From sequence record MW584180.1: 64,000 bases of DNA, one strand, 5' to 3'. A program made the position numbers and the translations under genes. Below the pieces are notes generated by a model that worked only from the letters and a program-made list of their open reading frames with translations, had not been told where the DNA came from and did no database searches. This stretch comes from Mycobacterium phage prophiGD15-1. Below are positions 8,521 through 18,384 of the stretch, in pieces. Each line of letters begins with the position of its first letter. The stretch's first letter is position 1.

Positions 8521-8864
8521 ACCCCAGTGGTTTCCATCTTCATTGTGATGGTGCATATCCGTTGCCGCCGTTGAAGATTTACGGGCCTAGAGCTGCTGGA
8601 ACTCGCAACGTTCTTGACTGCATCGCAGAGATGGATTTGGAGGACATCGAGGAGATGTTGGCCTCTGTCCGTAGCCAACTACCCAACCCGGAGTCGGTGT
8701 TGTGGCGGTACGACAAGTGCGAGTTGGAGACCTACACGGCGCTAAGCGCTGAACTCAAGGTCAACCCACGGGCATTGAATGCCGAACTCAAGCACGGATG
8801 CGAATTCAACTGGGACTCAGATGGCCCCGAGTATTCCGAAGATGAAGAAGGGGAGGCGGCGTGA
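8517..8864 (+). CDS. Hypothetical protein.
   Basis: ORF. ATG overlaps the upstream TGA (ATGA). Confidence 0.4.
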   Translation: MNPSGFHLHCDGAYPLPPLKIYGPRAAGTRNVLDCIAEMDLEDIEEMLASVRSQLPNPESVLWRYDKCELETYTALSAELKVNPRALNAELKHGCEFNWDSDGPEYSEDEEGEAA

Positions 8865-9015
8865 TGTTCGCCCTACTCATAGCTGTATGCGCGATCGTCT
8901 TCCTTGCAGTCATTCTCGGCGGGCTTGGGCTTGGCGGGTGGGCGATGTGGGAGTGCTGGAAAACCGCACACCGTCCTGGCTATCAGTCCCCGCTAGTGCA
9001 CGGTTGGGAGGACTG

Positions 9016-9192
9016 ATGCGCGAGCTATTCACGTTCCCAATCTGCCACGCACACCAAGTGTTCCACCCATGTAGGCCGTGCGAGAGGGAGCAGGCCCGTA
9101 ACCAGGTCAAGAACTGGACCGCTATCGGGTGGCTGCTCACGTTCTCGGTGTTTTTCATGGTCGTTCTATGGTACTCGGCAGGTGGGCGATGA
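9016..9192 (+). CDS. Small membrane protein.
   Basis: C-terminal TM WTAIGWLLTFSVFFMVVLW. Confidence 0.3.
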   Translation: MRELFTFPICHAHQVFHPCRPCEREQARNQVKNWTAIGWLLTFSVFFMVVLWYSAGGR

Positions 9193-9419
9193 ACATCCGA
9201 GAACTAGGCGCCGTGGACCAGCTGTTCGCGGCAGCCAACGACCACCTTTCCGAAGCGGTGATCACCGTGAAGGAAATGGTTGATGCACATGGACCAGAAG
9301 AGGTGTGGGACAGATTCATCCGTGTGCTGACCGAACGTATTGAAGCAGGCGATTCGGATATCAAGACCATCGTCCATATTCACGCTACAGCGTTGATCCG
9401 GTTAGCGAGGCAGTCATGA
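9189..9419 (+). CDS. Hypothetical protein.
   Basis: ORF with an ATGA overlap start. Confidence 0.35.
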   Translation: MNIRELGAVDQLFAAANDHLSEAVITVKEMVDAHGPEEVWDRFIRVLTERIEAGDSDIKTIVHIHATALIRLARQS

Positions 9420-9561
9420 GCCTGTATGAATTCCACTGGCGCAATGGTGTATCCGAAGAGCTGTATGGCGATAGTGCTGCCGACGCTCTCGTCCGTGCTG
9501 GTTATGGAAGTGGCGCACTAGCCGCGCTCGACTACTACGAAGAGAAGCGGGGGGCGTCACA

Positions 9562-9759
9562 GTGAGGGATCAAATCATTGCCGTCATGGTTGTAGCTGTC
9601 CTCGCCCTGATGATCGCATGGCAGACATCCGATACTCGGGAGTGGCGTAAGGAAAACAAGGCCCTGCGCCGTGAAATCGCCCGCCTGTCAAAGCATCCCT
9701 CTACCTATGAGCCTGAACCACTCCCGTATATGCAGAGGTTGTATGCGGACGATGAGTAG
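9562..9759 (+). CDS. Small membrane protein.
   Basis: N-terminal TM IIAVMVVAVLALMIAW. Confidence 0.35.
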   Translation: MRDQIIAVMVVAVLALMIAWQTSDTREWRKENKALRREIARLSKHPSTYEPEPLPYMQRLYADDE

Positions 9760-9949
9760 GTACACGATCAATCATGACGAGGCCGATGCGCGGGTGTTGT
9801 TGATGTGCGCGGAAATGCTCAAGCACCTTGACCTAGCCGGCCGTGGCGGTGTTGATGTGTCCGCTTCTATTGCCGAGGTTATGGCCAGGCGTGATGAAGT
9901 GTTGCGTTCCAGGGGTATTGAGCCGAACGGGCAGGGGACATGCAAATGA
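9752..9949 (+). CDS. Hypothetical small protein.
   Basis: ORF overlapping the upstream stop. Confidence 0.3.
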   Translation: MSRYTINHDEADARVLLMCAEMLKHLDLAGRGGVDVSASIAEVMARRDEVLRSRGIEPNGQGTCK

Positions 9950-10216
9950 GTGGGTTGAGTGATGCGCAGCGCGGGGCGCTCAAGAGTTGCTTGGAAGAGA
10001 TCTATTTCGGGTACGGCGAGAAGGATTGGGAACGCCTCGCTGGTGAAGCTACTGATCGGATCGCGTCTGCGGTGAGGACGGCGTCATGAGCGACTACATC
10101 AAGGATGTTCTTAAAGACGCTATCGAGGAAGAGCTTTCGTTGGGTGGTGATGCGGGGACTGTGATGGCCCGTATCGGTGAGGTGTTGTCAGAAGAGGGCT
10201 ACAGGGTGGTGGCGTT

Positions 10217-11419
10217 GTGAAGCTGGAACCGACCGAAGCGCAGCGGAAAGCCATGAGGCACATAGCGGGGATTCGGCTCGATGCAGCCGCGCACCACCGC
10301 TTTAAGCCTGATCCTGAAGAGTTCCTTACTGAGCTAATCGCTGCCGCTAACAGCATCCCTGAGGGGCCACCTGTTGGCACCATCGCACGACGACCAGACG
10401 GGGAGTGGATTGCATGGCGCACCGAAGACGGTTGGGGGTACCGGTTCATCGGGGATGAGGAACCGAACGAATGGCCTCCCGGTAGTAGCATCGCCGACTT
10501 TTGGCCGCAGATCCGCCCCGACGAGTGGCCCGAACAAGTAGGGTTGGATTGGTTCCCACCTGGCGAAGAGCCGATTGTGCCTCGGCCCGACCCAACAGCA
10601 CAACAGGAACCGGGGGCGTTCAACCGCTTTCCGGGAATTGAGAATCCCACCACCTCCGACTACATCGGGGCGGCTGTTGCCGATGAGCAGCTGAAGTTGG
10701 TGTTCGCTCTCCGCGATGTGCGTAAAGAGCGGGGTCTGGAAATAGCGGAAGTGGCAGAGGCCGCAGACGTGCCCGCCTCTGAGATCTCCATGTTTGAGAG
10801 CGGTTCGAGTAATCCGACTTTGTCGTTGGTTCGCCGTTACGCCAAGGCGGTGGGGGCGGTTTTCACGGTTGATGTGCGTAAGTGGGAAGACACTCAGCCA
10901 CAACGGGAACCGGCGCTACGCGAACGGTTTCCCGAGCAGGCATCGGCTTACGTGGCCGACCCCGAGTTAGCCGAGGTTGACGATGAACCACTCCCATCCG
11001 GGTCACTGATCACCCCCAAGCCCCGTACACCCCGTGTCGTTGACCGTCTAGGGGTAGACGAGCAGGGATCACGGTGGCGGGATGAGAACGGATTAATCCA
11101 CTCGTTCACGGAGGGTGCAGACGGTGGGCGATGGAAGACGCAGATTGGTGGGTCCTGGTACCCGTGGGCGAAGGGTGTAGTGCCGCATGGCGGCGAGTAC
11201 ACCGAAATCCTTGAGCCCCGTGTACTAGCCAGCCTGGCCTATAACGAGGCGCGCGAGGGCGCGGTGTGGAGCATCGTCACCAAAGCGGGGGTTAGGCGCC
11301 TGTTTCAGTGTCAATCCGACAGGTGGCACACGCGACTCGACCTTCCTGGTACGCACTGGACACTATGCGAGAACTTCGGTGACGGCCCCTACACCGAAGT
11401 TCTCGGTGATCCCTCATGA
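10217..11419 (+). CDS. 400-aa protein with a central HTH XRE-like segment.
   Basis: LKLVFALRDVRKERGLEIAEVAEAADVPASEISMFESGSSNPTLSLVRRYAKAVG. Confidence 0.45.
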   Translation: MKLEPTEAQRKAMRHIAGIRLDAAAHHRFKPDPEEFLTELIAAANSIPEGPPVGTIARRPDGEWIAWRTEDGWGYRFIGDEEPNEWPPGSSIADFWPQIRPDEWPEQVGLDWFPPGEEPIVPRPDPTAQQEPGAFNRFPGIENPTTSDYIGAAVADEQLKLVFALRDVRKERGLEIAEVAEAADVPASEISMFESGSSNPTLSLVRRYAKAVGAVFTVDVRKWEDTQPQREPALRERFPEQASAYVADPELAEVDDEPLPSGSLITPKPRTPRVVDRLGVDEQGSRWRDENGLIHSFTEGADGGRWKTQIGGSWYPWAKGVVPHGGEYTEILEPRVLASLAYNEAREGAVWSIVTKAGVRRLFQCQSDRWHTRLDLPGTHWTLCENFGDGPYTEVLGDPS

Positions 11420-11540
11420 CTCGTGGTGTCCGTATGTCCGATTGGCTCGCAACCGATTACCGGCGTCTGTCTGATCCTGGTCCTGCTGTTCCTGACTGGT
11501 TTTGGGTTGATGACGAGTACGACGAGAAGGGGAACCCGCG

Positions 11541-12038
11541 GTGAGTGAGACGGCTAGAGCGGCGGTTGCTTATCTTGCCGCACTGAACGTGTTGGGCAAG
11601 GCCGCGCCGGCCGCGAAAGAAGCAGTGAAGGCTGAGCTTGTCCAGGGCGACGGACTGGCCGGGTTTATTGACGGACACAAGGTCGGCACCGCCACATGGG
11701 TCACCTCGAACCGTGTCGCCACAGTCGCCGACGAAGCGGGATTTGTGCAGTGGGTCAAAGACCACTGCGGCGAAACCGAAATCGTTGAGGTTGTGCGCGA
11801 AGCGTTCCGCAAGCACCTGTTAGTCAATGCCCTTGAGCAGGACGGCCAAGTGTGGCTGCGCGGCGAGGTATGCCCTTATGTGGTGTTCGAACAACTCAAA
11901 GAGCCCTACGTGAAGATCACCCCCACTAAGGATGCCGCCGAGATCGTGTCAAACGCACTCGCCAGTGGGCGGCTATCGCTTGACGGAACCGTGAAAGCCC
12001 TGGAATCCAACATTATTGATGCGGAGGTTGAATCATGA
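11541..12038 (+). CDS. Hypothetical protein immediately upstream of the ERF gene. Possibly Gam-like/Gp157-like.
   Basis: 165 aa. Weak pattern similarity to Mu Gam (…WVTSNRVATV…FVQWVKDH…). Synteny with the annealing protein. Confidence 0.3.
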   Translation: MSETARAAVAYLAALNVLGKAAPAAKEAVKAELVQGDGLAGFIDGHKVGTATWVTSNRVATVADEAGFVQWVKDHCGETEIVEVVREAFRKHLLVNALEQDGQVWLRGEVCPYVVFEQLKEPYVKITPTKDAAEIVSNALASGRLSLDGTVKALESNIIDAEVES

Positions 12039-12673
12039 CCACCATCTACCAAGCGCTATCCGAGGTGATGAAGGATGTCGGAGCCGTCCGCAAGGGTGAG
12101 CGGAACCAGCAGCAAGGCTTCTCATTCCGCGGGATCGATGCAGTCACATCGGCGGTGTATCCAGCTCTCACGAAGCACGGCGTGATCGTTGTACCGAAGG
12201 TCTTGGACTACGAGTACGGGACTGTTGAGGTGGGCCGCAACCGCACCCTCATGGGGCATGCACGGCTGACAGTAGAGTTCACCTGGTATGGACCAGATGG
12301 TGACTCGATCACCTCTGTCGCCGCAGCAGAGTCAATGGATGCCGGCGACAAAGCTACCGCTAAAGCGCACTCAGTGGCTTTCCGTACTGCAATGCTACAA
12401 ACCCTCTGCCTACCAACGGATGAGCCGGACCCAGACTCACAGGTGTATGAGAGGTCATCGGCACCCCCAGAGCGCACCGACGTAGACGACGCACTCGACG
12501 AGCTCGCCGCGGCCTGCACCGAGAACGGGTGGGACCAACGTGAGACCGCAGGGAAGTTCTTCTCTGAGCATGGCAAGCCCCCGCGGCAGTGCACCGCAGA
12601 TGTGATCCGCAAGTTCATTGGCGATTTGATCAAGCCTCACCCCGCGGAGCGAGCGGAGGCCGCTAGTGCCTAG
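12035..12673 (+). CDS. ERF-family single-strand annealing protein (phage recombinase).
   Basis: N-terminal IYQALSEVMKDVGAVRKGERNQQQGFSFRGIDAVTSAVYPALTKHGVIV matches the ERF signature (ALxxxQxE…K…N…Y.Y..L..V…L..HG). Confidence 0.55.
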   Translation: MTTIYQALSEVMKDVGAVRKGERNQQQGFSFRGIDAVTSAVYPALTKHGVIVVPKVLDYEYGTVEVGRNRTLMGHARLTVEFTWYGPDGDSITSVAAAESMDAGDKATAKAHSVAFRTAMLQTLCLPTDEPDPDSQVYERSSAPPERTDVDDALDELAAACTENGWDQRETAGKFFSEHGKPPRQCTADVIRKFIGDLIKPHPAERAEAASA

Positions 12674-13091
12674 GCCGGATATCGGGGATGTGCGCGCCGG
12701 CCTGCTAACAGTGAAGCAGGCGGCCAGGATCCGAGGATGTAAACCCAAATATCTTGAGCAGTTGGTATGGCAGGCGGTAAAGGCGGATGTCCTGGAACGG
12801 GATGGGGCCTGTGTTATCTGCTCCCGCCCGGACGGGGTGTTGGACGTTCACCACCGCATGGCCCGCGGGAGCGGCGGAACTTCCGTGGCCCATATCGCTT
12901 TCGGTATGGCCAATCTGATCACTTTATGCAGAGAGCACCACATGTGGGTGGAGGGTAACCCCGACGAGGCTCGCGAGCATGGCTGGAAGTTAGACCATGG
13001 CGACACCCTGCCGGCGGATCTTGAGGTTCTGAGGTTCGGCGCAACAGTCCGTCTCTTTGACGACGGCTCTTTCTTGGCGGTGGTGGCGTGA
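12666..13091 (+). CDS. HNH endonuclease.
   Basis: CVICSRPDG…DVHHRM…LITLCREHHMWVE: Cys pairs flanking the HNH His residues. Confidence 0.7.
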   Translation: MPRPDIGDVRAGLLTVKQAARIRGCKPKYLEQLVWQAVKADVLERDGACVICSRPDGVLDVHHRMARGSGGTSVAHIAFGMANLITLCREHHMWVEGNPDEAREHGWKLDHGDTLPADLEVLRFGATVRLFDDGSFLAVVA

Positions 13092-13504
13092 TGGCAACGT
13101 TTGATCCGCTGAATGTGGAGGCCGCTCTTCAGGGATATCCGGTGTCGTTGTCAAAACCGGATCGTGTGGTGGCGGCGAAAGCCCTAACCGCTCAAGGGTT
13201 GTCCGGGACAGAGGTGGCGCGCCGACTGAATGTTACCGACCGCCAGATCGAGCGGTATAAGGCTGAGCCGATGCCTGAACCTGAAGGCCCTCCAGAGGTG
13301 GATTACGAGTTCTGCGGCAACGAAAACGTTTTGGTTCGTAAAGCCACCGAGTTGATCCGGTCTCTGCGAACCAAGGATCACTTGGAGGTGTTGGGGGATT
13401 GTGTGGACTTCTGTGCCTGGCATCCGGGTGTAGCGGCACAGGTTATGTGTGCGTTGGCGTTGTGGGCTGATTCGGGGGAGTGGGCGTTGGGGAGGTCGGC
13501 GTGA
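13088..13504 (+). CDS. HTH DNA-binding protein.
   Basis: LTAQGLSGTEVARRLNVTDRQIERY. Confidence 0.4.
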   Translation: MMATFDPLNVEAALQGYPVSLSKPDRVVAAKALTAQGLSGTEVARRLNVTDRQIERYKAEPMPEPEGPPEVDYEFCGNENVLVRKATELIRSLRTKDHLEVLGDCVDFCAWHPGVAAQVMCALALWADSGEWALGRSA

Positions 13505-13643
13505 CTGTTTGGCCTACCTACCACTTCTGCCGTTGTGGTCATCAGAGATACCAGCATAACGGTCAATCAGCTGAGTGTTACGGGGCTTTGGATGACGGTG
13601 TGACCCTTTGTGATTGCGGAGGGTTTGTTGAAGACAAGAAGGA

Positions 13644-13910
13644 ATGCGCATGAGCGAGCCTAAGAACGCCAATGAGATCATCACGCAAGCCGCGATCAGA
13701 TGGTACGGCCCCGCCTTCACCCTTGGCAGCGCCGGATTTGGTGGCTTCATCCTTGAAGAACTGAAGGCCAACGGATACGCAGTAGTAGAACTACCGAGAT
13801 CCCTGCCGGTAACACCGGAGGTGCAATCCGGGTGTGAGCACACATGCCTTATTGGGTCTGATCTTCTCGCCGCTGCTGCTGCGGCTGCACGTGATTCGGA
13901 GGAGCGATGA
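13644..13910 (+). CDS. Hypothetical protein.
   Basis: ORF. Confidence 0.35.
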   Translation: MRMSEPKNANEIITQAAIRWYGPAFTLGSAGFGGFILEELKANGYAVVELPRSLPVTPEVQSGCEHTCLIGSDLLAAAAAAARDSEER

Positions 13911-15010
13911 GCGACCTGCGGGAAGGGCTACTTTTTCCCAACCTCCTAACCCGTTCTGAACGTCGTGAATTGGATCGCGAACCAGAGCCCAGATTCCTGT
14001 ATCAGAGCATGGGCGCGGGGTGGCAGTCGACGGCTATAGCGCTCTTAGCGGCGCAGGGGGTCATTGAGAAGCCCCGGTTTGCGGTATTCGCCGATACCGG
14101 CTGGGAGCCACCGGAGGTATACGCGCATCTCGCTCGTCTAGATGAGGAGGTGTTGGCGCCGGCTGGGATAGCCCTGGTGCGCGTTCGGGCAGGGAGTATC
14201 TACGACGAGGCTTTGGACCCCCACTTTCCAAGATCCCTGCCGTTGTACACGAGGGACCCAAAGACTGGCGAGCCAGGCGGTATTACCAGCCGGGCCTGCA
14301 CAACCAACTTCAAGATGATCGCCATCTATCGGTGGTTGCGTGAGCAGTTGGGAGCCAAGGTAAGCGAGGGGTCCTGCACTTTCTGTAGCGGCGAGGGGCA
14401 GCGCAATGCCCCCTGGTTGGTGAAGTATGGACACGAAAAACCCTGGGGTATCTGCTCGGTCTGCCGGGGGACTGGCACTGTCCGGAAGGTTGGCGCGCCA
14501 CCACAAGGGGTGTGGGCGCGCAGCTACGTGGGCTTCTCTGCTGATGAGATGGGCCGGATATCGCCGTCGCGCGTGTCCTACGCCTTCGACACTTTCCCTT
14601 TGGTTGGCAGGGATCAAAACGGCGAGGTTGTGCCGCCTGATCTTTCAATGTCTCGGCACGACTGCGGTGAGTACAACACGCGTCACGGATTCCCTGAGGT
14701 GATGAAGTCGGCGTGTATCGGCTGTCCGTGGCATTCGGACGCTGAGTGGATCCGCATCAAACAAGATGAGCGGCAGTGGCAGCAGGTTGTTGATCTGGAC
14801 CGCAGTATCCGAAACACCCCCGGTTTAGACAACGAAGCCTTTCTCCATAAGAGCCGCATTCCTATTGAGGATGTGACTTTCGAGTCGGCGGATGACGTTG
14901 AGCGTCCCAGCTGCTCTCCGTACGGATGCCGTAGCGGGCTGGATACCGATTCCGTGGCACCGCCCTCGCTTTTCGATGACGACTGGATCGATCTAGAGGA
15001 GACCGCATGA
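13907..15010 (+). CDS. PAPS-reductase-like (PP-loop ATP pyrophosphatase superfamily) protein with a Cys-rich C-terminal half.
   Basis: PP-loop-like YQSMGAGWQSTAIALLAAQG near the N-terminus. Several CxxC pairs follow (CTFCSGEG, CSVCRGTG, CIGCPWH). PAPS reductase-like genes are common in mycobacteriophages. Confidence 0.45.
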   Translation: MSDLREGLLFPNLLTRSERRELDREPEPRFLYQSMGAGWQSTAIALLAAQGVIEKPRFAVFADTGWEPPEVYAHLARLDEEVLAPAGIALVRVRAGSIYDEALDPHFPRSLPLYTRDPKTGEPGGITSRACTTNFKMIAIYRWLREQLGAKVSEGSCTFCSGEGQRNAPWLVKYGHEKPWGICSVCRGTGTVRKVGAPPQGVWARSYVGFSADEMGRISPSRVSYAFDTFPLVGRDQNGEVVPPDLSMSRHDCGEYNTRHGFPEVMKSACIGCPWHSDAEWIRIKQDERQWQQVVDLDRSIRNTPGLDNEAFLHKSRIPIEDVTFESADDVERPSCSPYGCRSGLDTDSVAPPSLFDDDWIDLEETA

Positions 15011-15295
15011 CCGACCTTTGTTCCTGCGGCCACGATCTCGATGAGCATCAACGTCACTACGGCACTTGTAAAGCCACTATCCCTGGTTCTTTTGAGCCTC
15101 TTTACCGGTACTGCCCTTGTGGGGGATTTGATAGGAGTGACGATGAGTGACGAGCGTCTGGATTCCTTGGCGAAAGAACTCTGCGAGAAGCGTTCTGTGT
15201 CCGCGCCGCTGCGATGGGATTCGCTCACATCTGACCAGAAAGACACATGGCGGCGGATGGCTGCGCAGCGCCTCAACGACCAGGAGGCGGTGTAG

Positions 15296-16231
15296 ATGGG
15301 CTGGATACGCGTCTCTGATGACTTCTACGACAACGACAAGTTCAGTGAAGTCGGACCACTGGGGGTGGCGCTGCACTTCGCGGCGATGGGTTTCTGTAAC
15401 CGGAACCTAACGGACGGATTCTTCAAAAAGAACAAGGCTCGACTTTTCCTTGACTTCGACGGCATCGGTATCACCACTAGTCAATCGGATTGCTTCGGTG
15501 TTGGCGTCGACGGTGATGACGCGGTGAAGTTGGTCATCGAATGGATGATGGCATCAGAGCTTTGGCACGAGTGTGGCCATGGGTGCGAGGAATGTCATTC
15601 CCGCGAAGACGGCGGCGAACCTGGCGGCGATGAGTACCTGATCCACGACTACCTGAAGTTCCAGTTTTCGCGTCAGGAAATCGAGGAGAAGGCCGAGAAA
15701 GCTAGGGCGCGCAAGGAGGCCTGGAAGGCTAGGCAGGCGGTAGAACGTAGTTCGGAACAGCGTTCGGAACGGGGGAAGAACGGCGTTCGGAACGCTGCAG
15801 GAACGCTGGCGGAACACGACAACCCAACCCCAACCCCAACCCCAACCCCAACCCCAACGAAAGATTCATTCTTCGTTCCTCAGAATGAATCTTTAGGGGG
15901 GTCACCAAAACCGGGAACCTCACCAGAGCCCGAGTCGGCGTCAGCCCCGCGCTGCGCGCGCCACCCCTACGGAAATCCCGAAGACGAAAACTGCCGGGGC
16001 TGCAAGCGAGTCAAAGACGCCGAGAAGGCACAGGAACTCCAGGCCGAAATCGCAGAGAAGGCGGCACGCACAGCAGCAGCCGAGCGGCGACGCAACTGCA
16101 AGCTCTGCGGCGGCAGCGGATGGATCGACCTCCCTGACGATTCCGGCGTCATCGACTGCGAATGCAAGACGCCCATCCCAAATCTCCAGCTTGTCCATGA
16201 CGCCACAAACCAAAGGAGGTCGGCATCGTGA
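15296..16231 (+). CDS. Hypothetical protein with an internal (TP)6 linker and a C-terminal Cys-rich segment.
   Basis: 311 aa containing TPTPTPTPTPTK. CARHPYG…CRGCK and CKLCGGSGWIDLPDDSGVIDCECK. Confidence 0.5.
   Translation: MGWIRVSDDFYDNDKFSEVGPLGVALHFAAMGFCNRNLTDGFFKKNKARLFLDFDGIGITTSQSDCFGVGVDGDDAVKLVIEWMMASELWHECGHGCEECHSREDGGEPGGDEYLIHDYLKFQFSRQEIEEKAEKARARKEAWKARQAVERSSEQRSERGKNGVRNAAGTLAEHDNPTPTPTPTPTPTKDSFFVPQNESLGGSPKPGTSPEPESASAPRCARHPYGNPEDENCRGCKRVKDAEKAQELQAEIAEKAARTAAAERRRNCKLCGGSGWIDLPDDSGVIDCECKTPIPNLQLVHDATNQRRSAS
15823..15858 (+). repeat. Hexanucleotide microsatellite (CCCCAA)x~6 encoding (Thr-Pro)n.
   Basis: cccaaccccaaccccaaccccaaccccaaccccaac. Confidence 0.9.
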
Positions 16232-16515
16232 CTACCCAAGCCATAACAGACATCAAAGAACTCGTAGGAGAAATGCCAGCGAGGGGATGTGAGTGGCCCA
16301 GCCACGCGTGTGATTCGCAGGCGCACTGGATCGCTCGCTGTCATTGCATGCGCGGATGGGTCTGCGTGTCGCTCGTGCTGGAGTTATGCGACCGCCACAA
16401 AGATGAAGCCCTGTCTATTGCGACGGAGGCCGTCACCGAACGTCGTTTCTGCTACAGCTGCGGCGTCGCGGCATTGAGCTCGTCTGACGTGGTCGGTCCG
16501 GTGATGCCGCTATGA
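16228..16515 (+). CDS. Hypothetical Cys-rich small protein.
   Basis: ORF with translationally coupled start. Confidence 0.35.
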   Translation: MTTQAITDIKELVGEMPARGCEWPSHACDSQAHWIARCHCMRGWVCVSLVLELCDRHKDEALSIATEAVTERRFCYSCGVAALSSSDVVGPVMPL

Positions 16516-16856
16516 CCGCCTGGTTTAAACGCACACAGCCCAAACCCCAACCAGTGGTGTCACTACAACCCCGAACCGGTGAAGAGACCCCTACGGCGTT
16601 CCTAGCCCGATTAAAGATCGAATGCACACCCCCATGCGAAGACTGCTACAGGCCCGCGGACTTCATGGTCACCATCCACCTCGTAGACCACTGCGACAGA
16701 CCAGCCGTTGAAGTGTTCATCTGTGCTGCGCATGTATCCACGATCGGGAACTGGGTACAAGCCTCGATAGAGACAAGACGCAGAGGACGCTGCACCTGCT
16801 GCGGGCATGAAGTAACAGCACCACACGACCTCATAGAAGACGTGGTGAAGCTATGA
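16512..16856 (+). CDS. Hypothetical Cys-rich protein.
   Basis: ORF. CEDCY…CAAH…CTCCGH. Confidence 0.35.
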   Translation: MTAWFKRTQPKPQPVVSLQPRTGEETPTAFLARLKIECTPPCEDCYRPADFMVTIHLVDHCDRPAVEVFICAAHVSTIGNWVQASIETRRRGRCTCCGHEVTAPHDLIEDVVKL

Positions 16857-17035
16857 GCGATCACGTCGGGCGCGGTGGTGGCGGCCGGAACAAGTGGTGG
16901 AAGATTCGGAAGCTGGGAACCGGGTGGGAAATATGGCAATTCGAGACTGGAACATCCCGAATTCTCATGATATGCCAAGGGATCTACCCCTCTGGTGCTG
17001 AGGCTATAGCAGCATTCGCGGCAGGTGGAAGATGA
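16853..17035 (+). CDS. Hypothetical small protein.
   Basis: ORF. Confidence 0.3.
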   Translation: MSDHVGRGGGGRNKWWKIRKLGTGWEIWQFETGTSRILMICQGIYPSGAEAIAAFAAGGR

Positions 17036-17167
17036 GCGACCCATCCGAATCCGCAGTGATAAAGCTCATGGGGTACGCCCACGGCTTCATGAACCCCGAG
17101 TACATCCACCTGACGAGGGAAGAGGCGCAGGTGATTTTGCAGGCGCTGGAAAGGTTGGCTGATCTAA

Positions 17168-17473
17168 GTGTCTGATCCTGCAATCGAAGCCGCACGCAAG
17201 GTATTCACCGAGTACTGGCCGGATCAAGGCGACTTTGAGTTCAACTACAGCAACGAGGGCCGCTTCGGTATCGAGGTCGCCCGTGAGATGGCTAAGTCGG
17301 TACAGGAACAACTGGCCGTCATCCGTGAACGCTACGAATTGGTACGTACGTGGATGCTCGCAGCTGAGACATCAGCGGAACTATCCCGGCACTCAAGCGA
17401 AATGGCTGGTCTCAAGTACGCATACGACCTGATAGCACCCACGGTTTACCCAAGTGAGGAACTAGAGCGATGA
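17168..17473 (+). CDS. Hypothetical protein.
   Basis: ORF. Confidence 0.35.
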   Translation: MSDPAIEAARKVFTEYWPDQGDFEFNYSNEGRFGIEVAREMAKSVQEQLAVIRERYELVRTWMLAAETSAELSRHSSEMAGLKYAYDLIAPTVYPSEELER

Positions 17474-17766
17474 GTGAGCTTGTAGACCGCGCTAAAGCAT
17501 CCCTAGAAGGCGTAACCGGAGGACCGTGGGAGACCCGTCCTGGTGCTACCGGTGATCCGACGACGACAAGTGCATCGGTACATTCCGGCCACCGTTCAAT
17601 TCTCGTGTCTAGTGACGGCTACCACTACGGATATGCCGACAAGGCGGATGCCCGATTCATCGCCGCTGCAAGGCAGTTGGTTCCTGAACTCATCGCGGAA
17701 GTAGAGCGGCTGGAGGAACGTATCGCTGAGCAGGACCAAGAGCTTAGGTACTGGAGTAACCGATGA
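17470..17766 (+). CDS. Hypothetical protein.
   Basis: ORF. Confidence 0.35.
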   Translation: MSELVDRAKASLEGVTGGPWETRPGATGDPTTTSASVHSGHRSILVSSDGYHYGYADKADARFIAAARQLVPELIAEVERLEERIAEQDQELRYWSNR

Positions 17767-18080
17767 GTGACGAACCTTCGGACGCACAGAAGCTCATAGC
17801 GGAAGTGATAGCCACGCACCGCGCTTTATTCGATGGAGAGGCTTGCGACGCCTGCGACTGGAAGTTCACCAATGAGTATTACGGGCACGACGAACACGTT
17901 GCCGTAGAGGTGGATAAAGCCCTTGGAGGACTCACGCGGAAGCGGCGGATTGACTATCAATGGCGCGAGACGGGCGAGGTGCATCACGACCGATTCTTTG
18001 AAGGGAAGCCCGTCCCCAAGACGCGGCTGCACTATGTGCAGCAGTCCCGTTGGGCGTCTGGCTGGACGGTGACCGAATGA
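17763..18080 (+). CDS. Hypothetical protein.
   Basis: ORF. Confidence 0.35.
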   Translation: MSDEPSDAQKLIAEVIATHRALFDGEACDACDWKFTNEYYGHDEHVAVEVDKALGGLTRKRRIDYQWRETGEVHHDRFFEGKPVPKTRLHYVQQSRWASGWTVTE

Positions 18081-18194
18081 GCTACATCGACATGTTCGGA
18101 ATCGAGTATGGCGGCTGCGGTGACTGTGATTGTGATCATGGTTGTCAGGGCGTTGGCTCCGACGATGAGGCCAAGTTCTACCCCGAGGCTTCCG

Positions 18195-18383
18195 ATGACT
18201 GACTACCAAGACACCGGTAGCCGACGGAAACCTACGGCATACACCGAAACGGGGGCCGCTGAGCGGGTGTGCCCGGACTGTAGTGCCCCAGAAGGACATC
18301 CCTGTAGATGGATAGCCATGGATGGGCAGGGGGATTTAGGGAAACCAAGGCATTGGCCGCATGAGACACGTTGGAGGAAATGA
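18195..18383 (+). CDS. Small zinc-ribbon-like protein.
   Basis: CPDCSAPEGHPC. Confidence 0.3.
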   Translation: MTDYQDTGSRRKPTAYTETGAAERVCPDCSAPEGHPCRWIAMDGQGDLGKPRHWPHETRWRK

Positions 18384-18384
18384 A

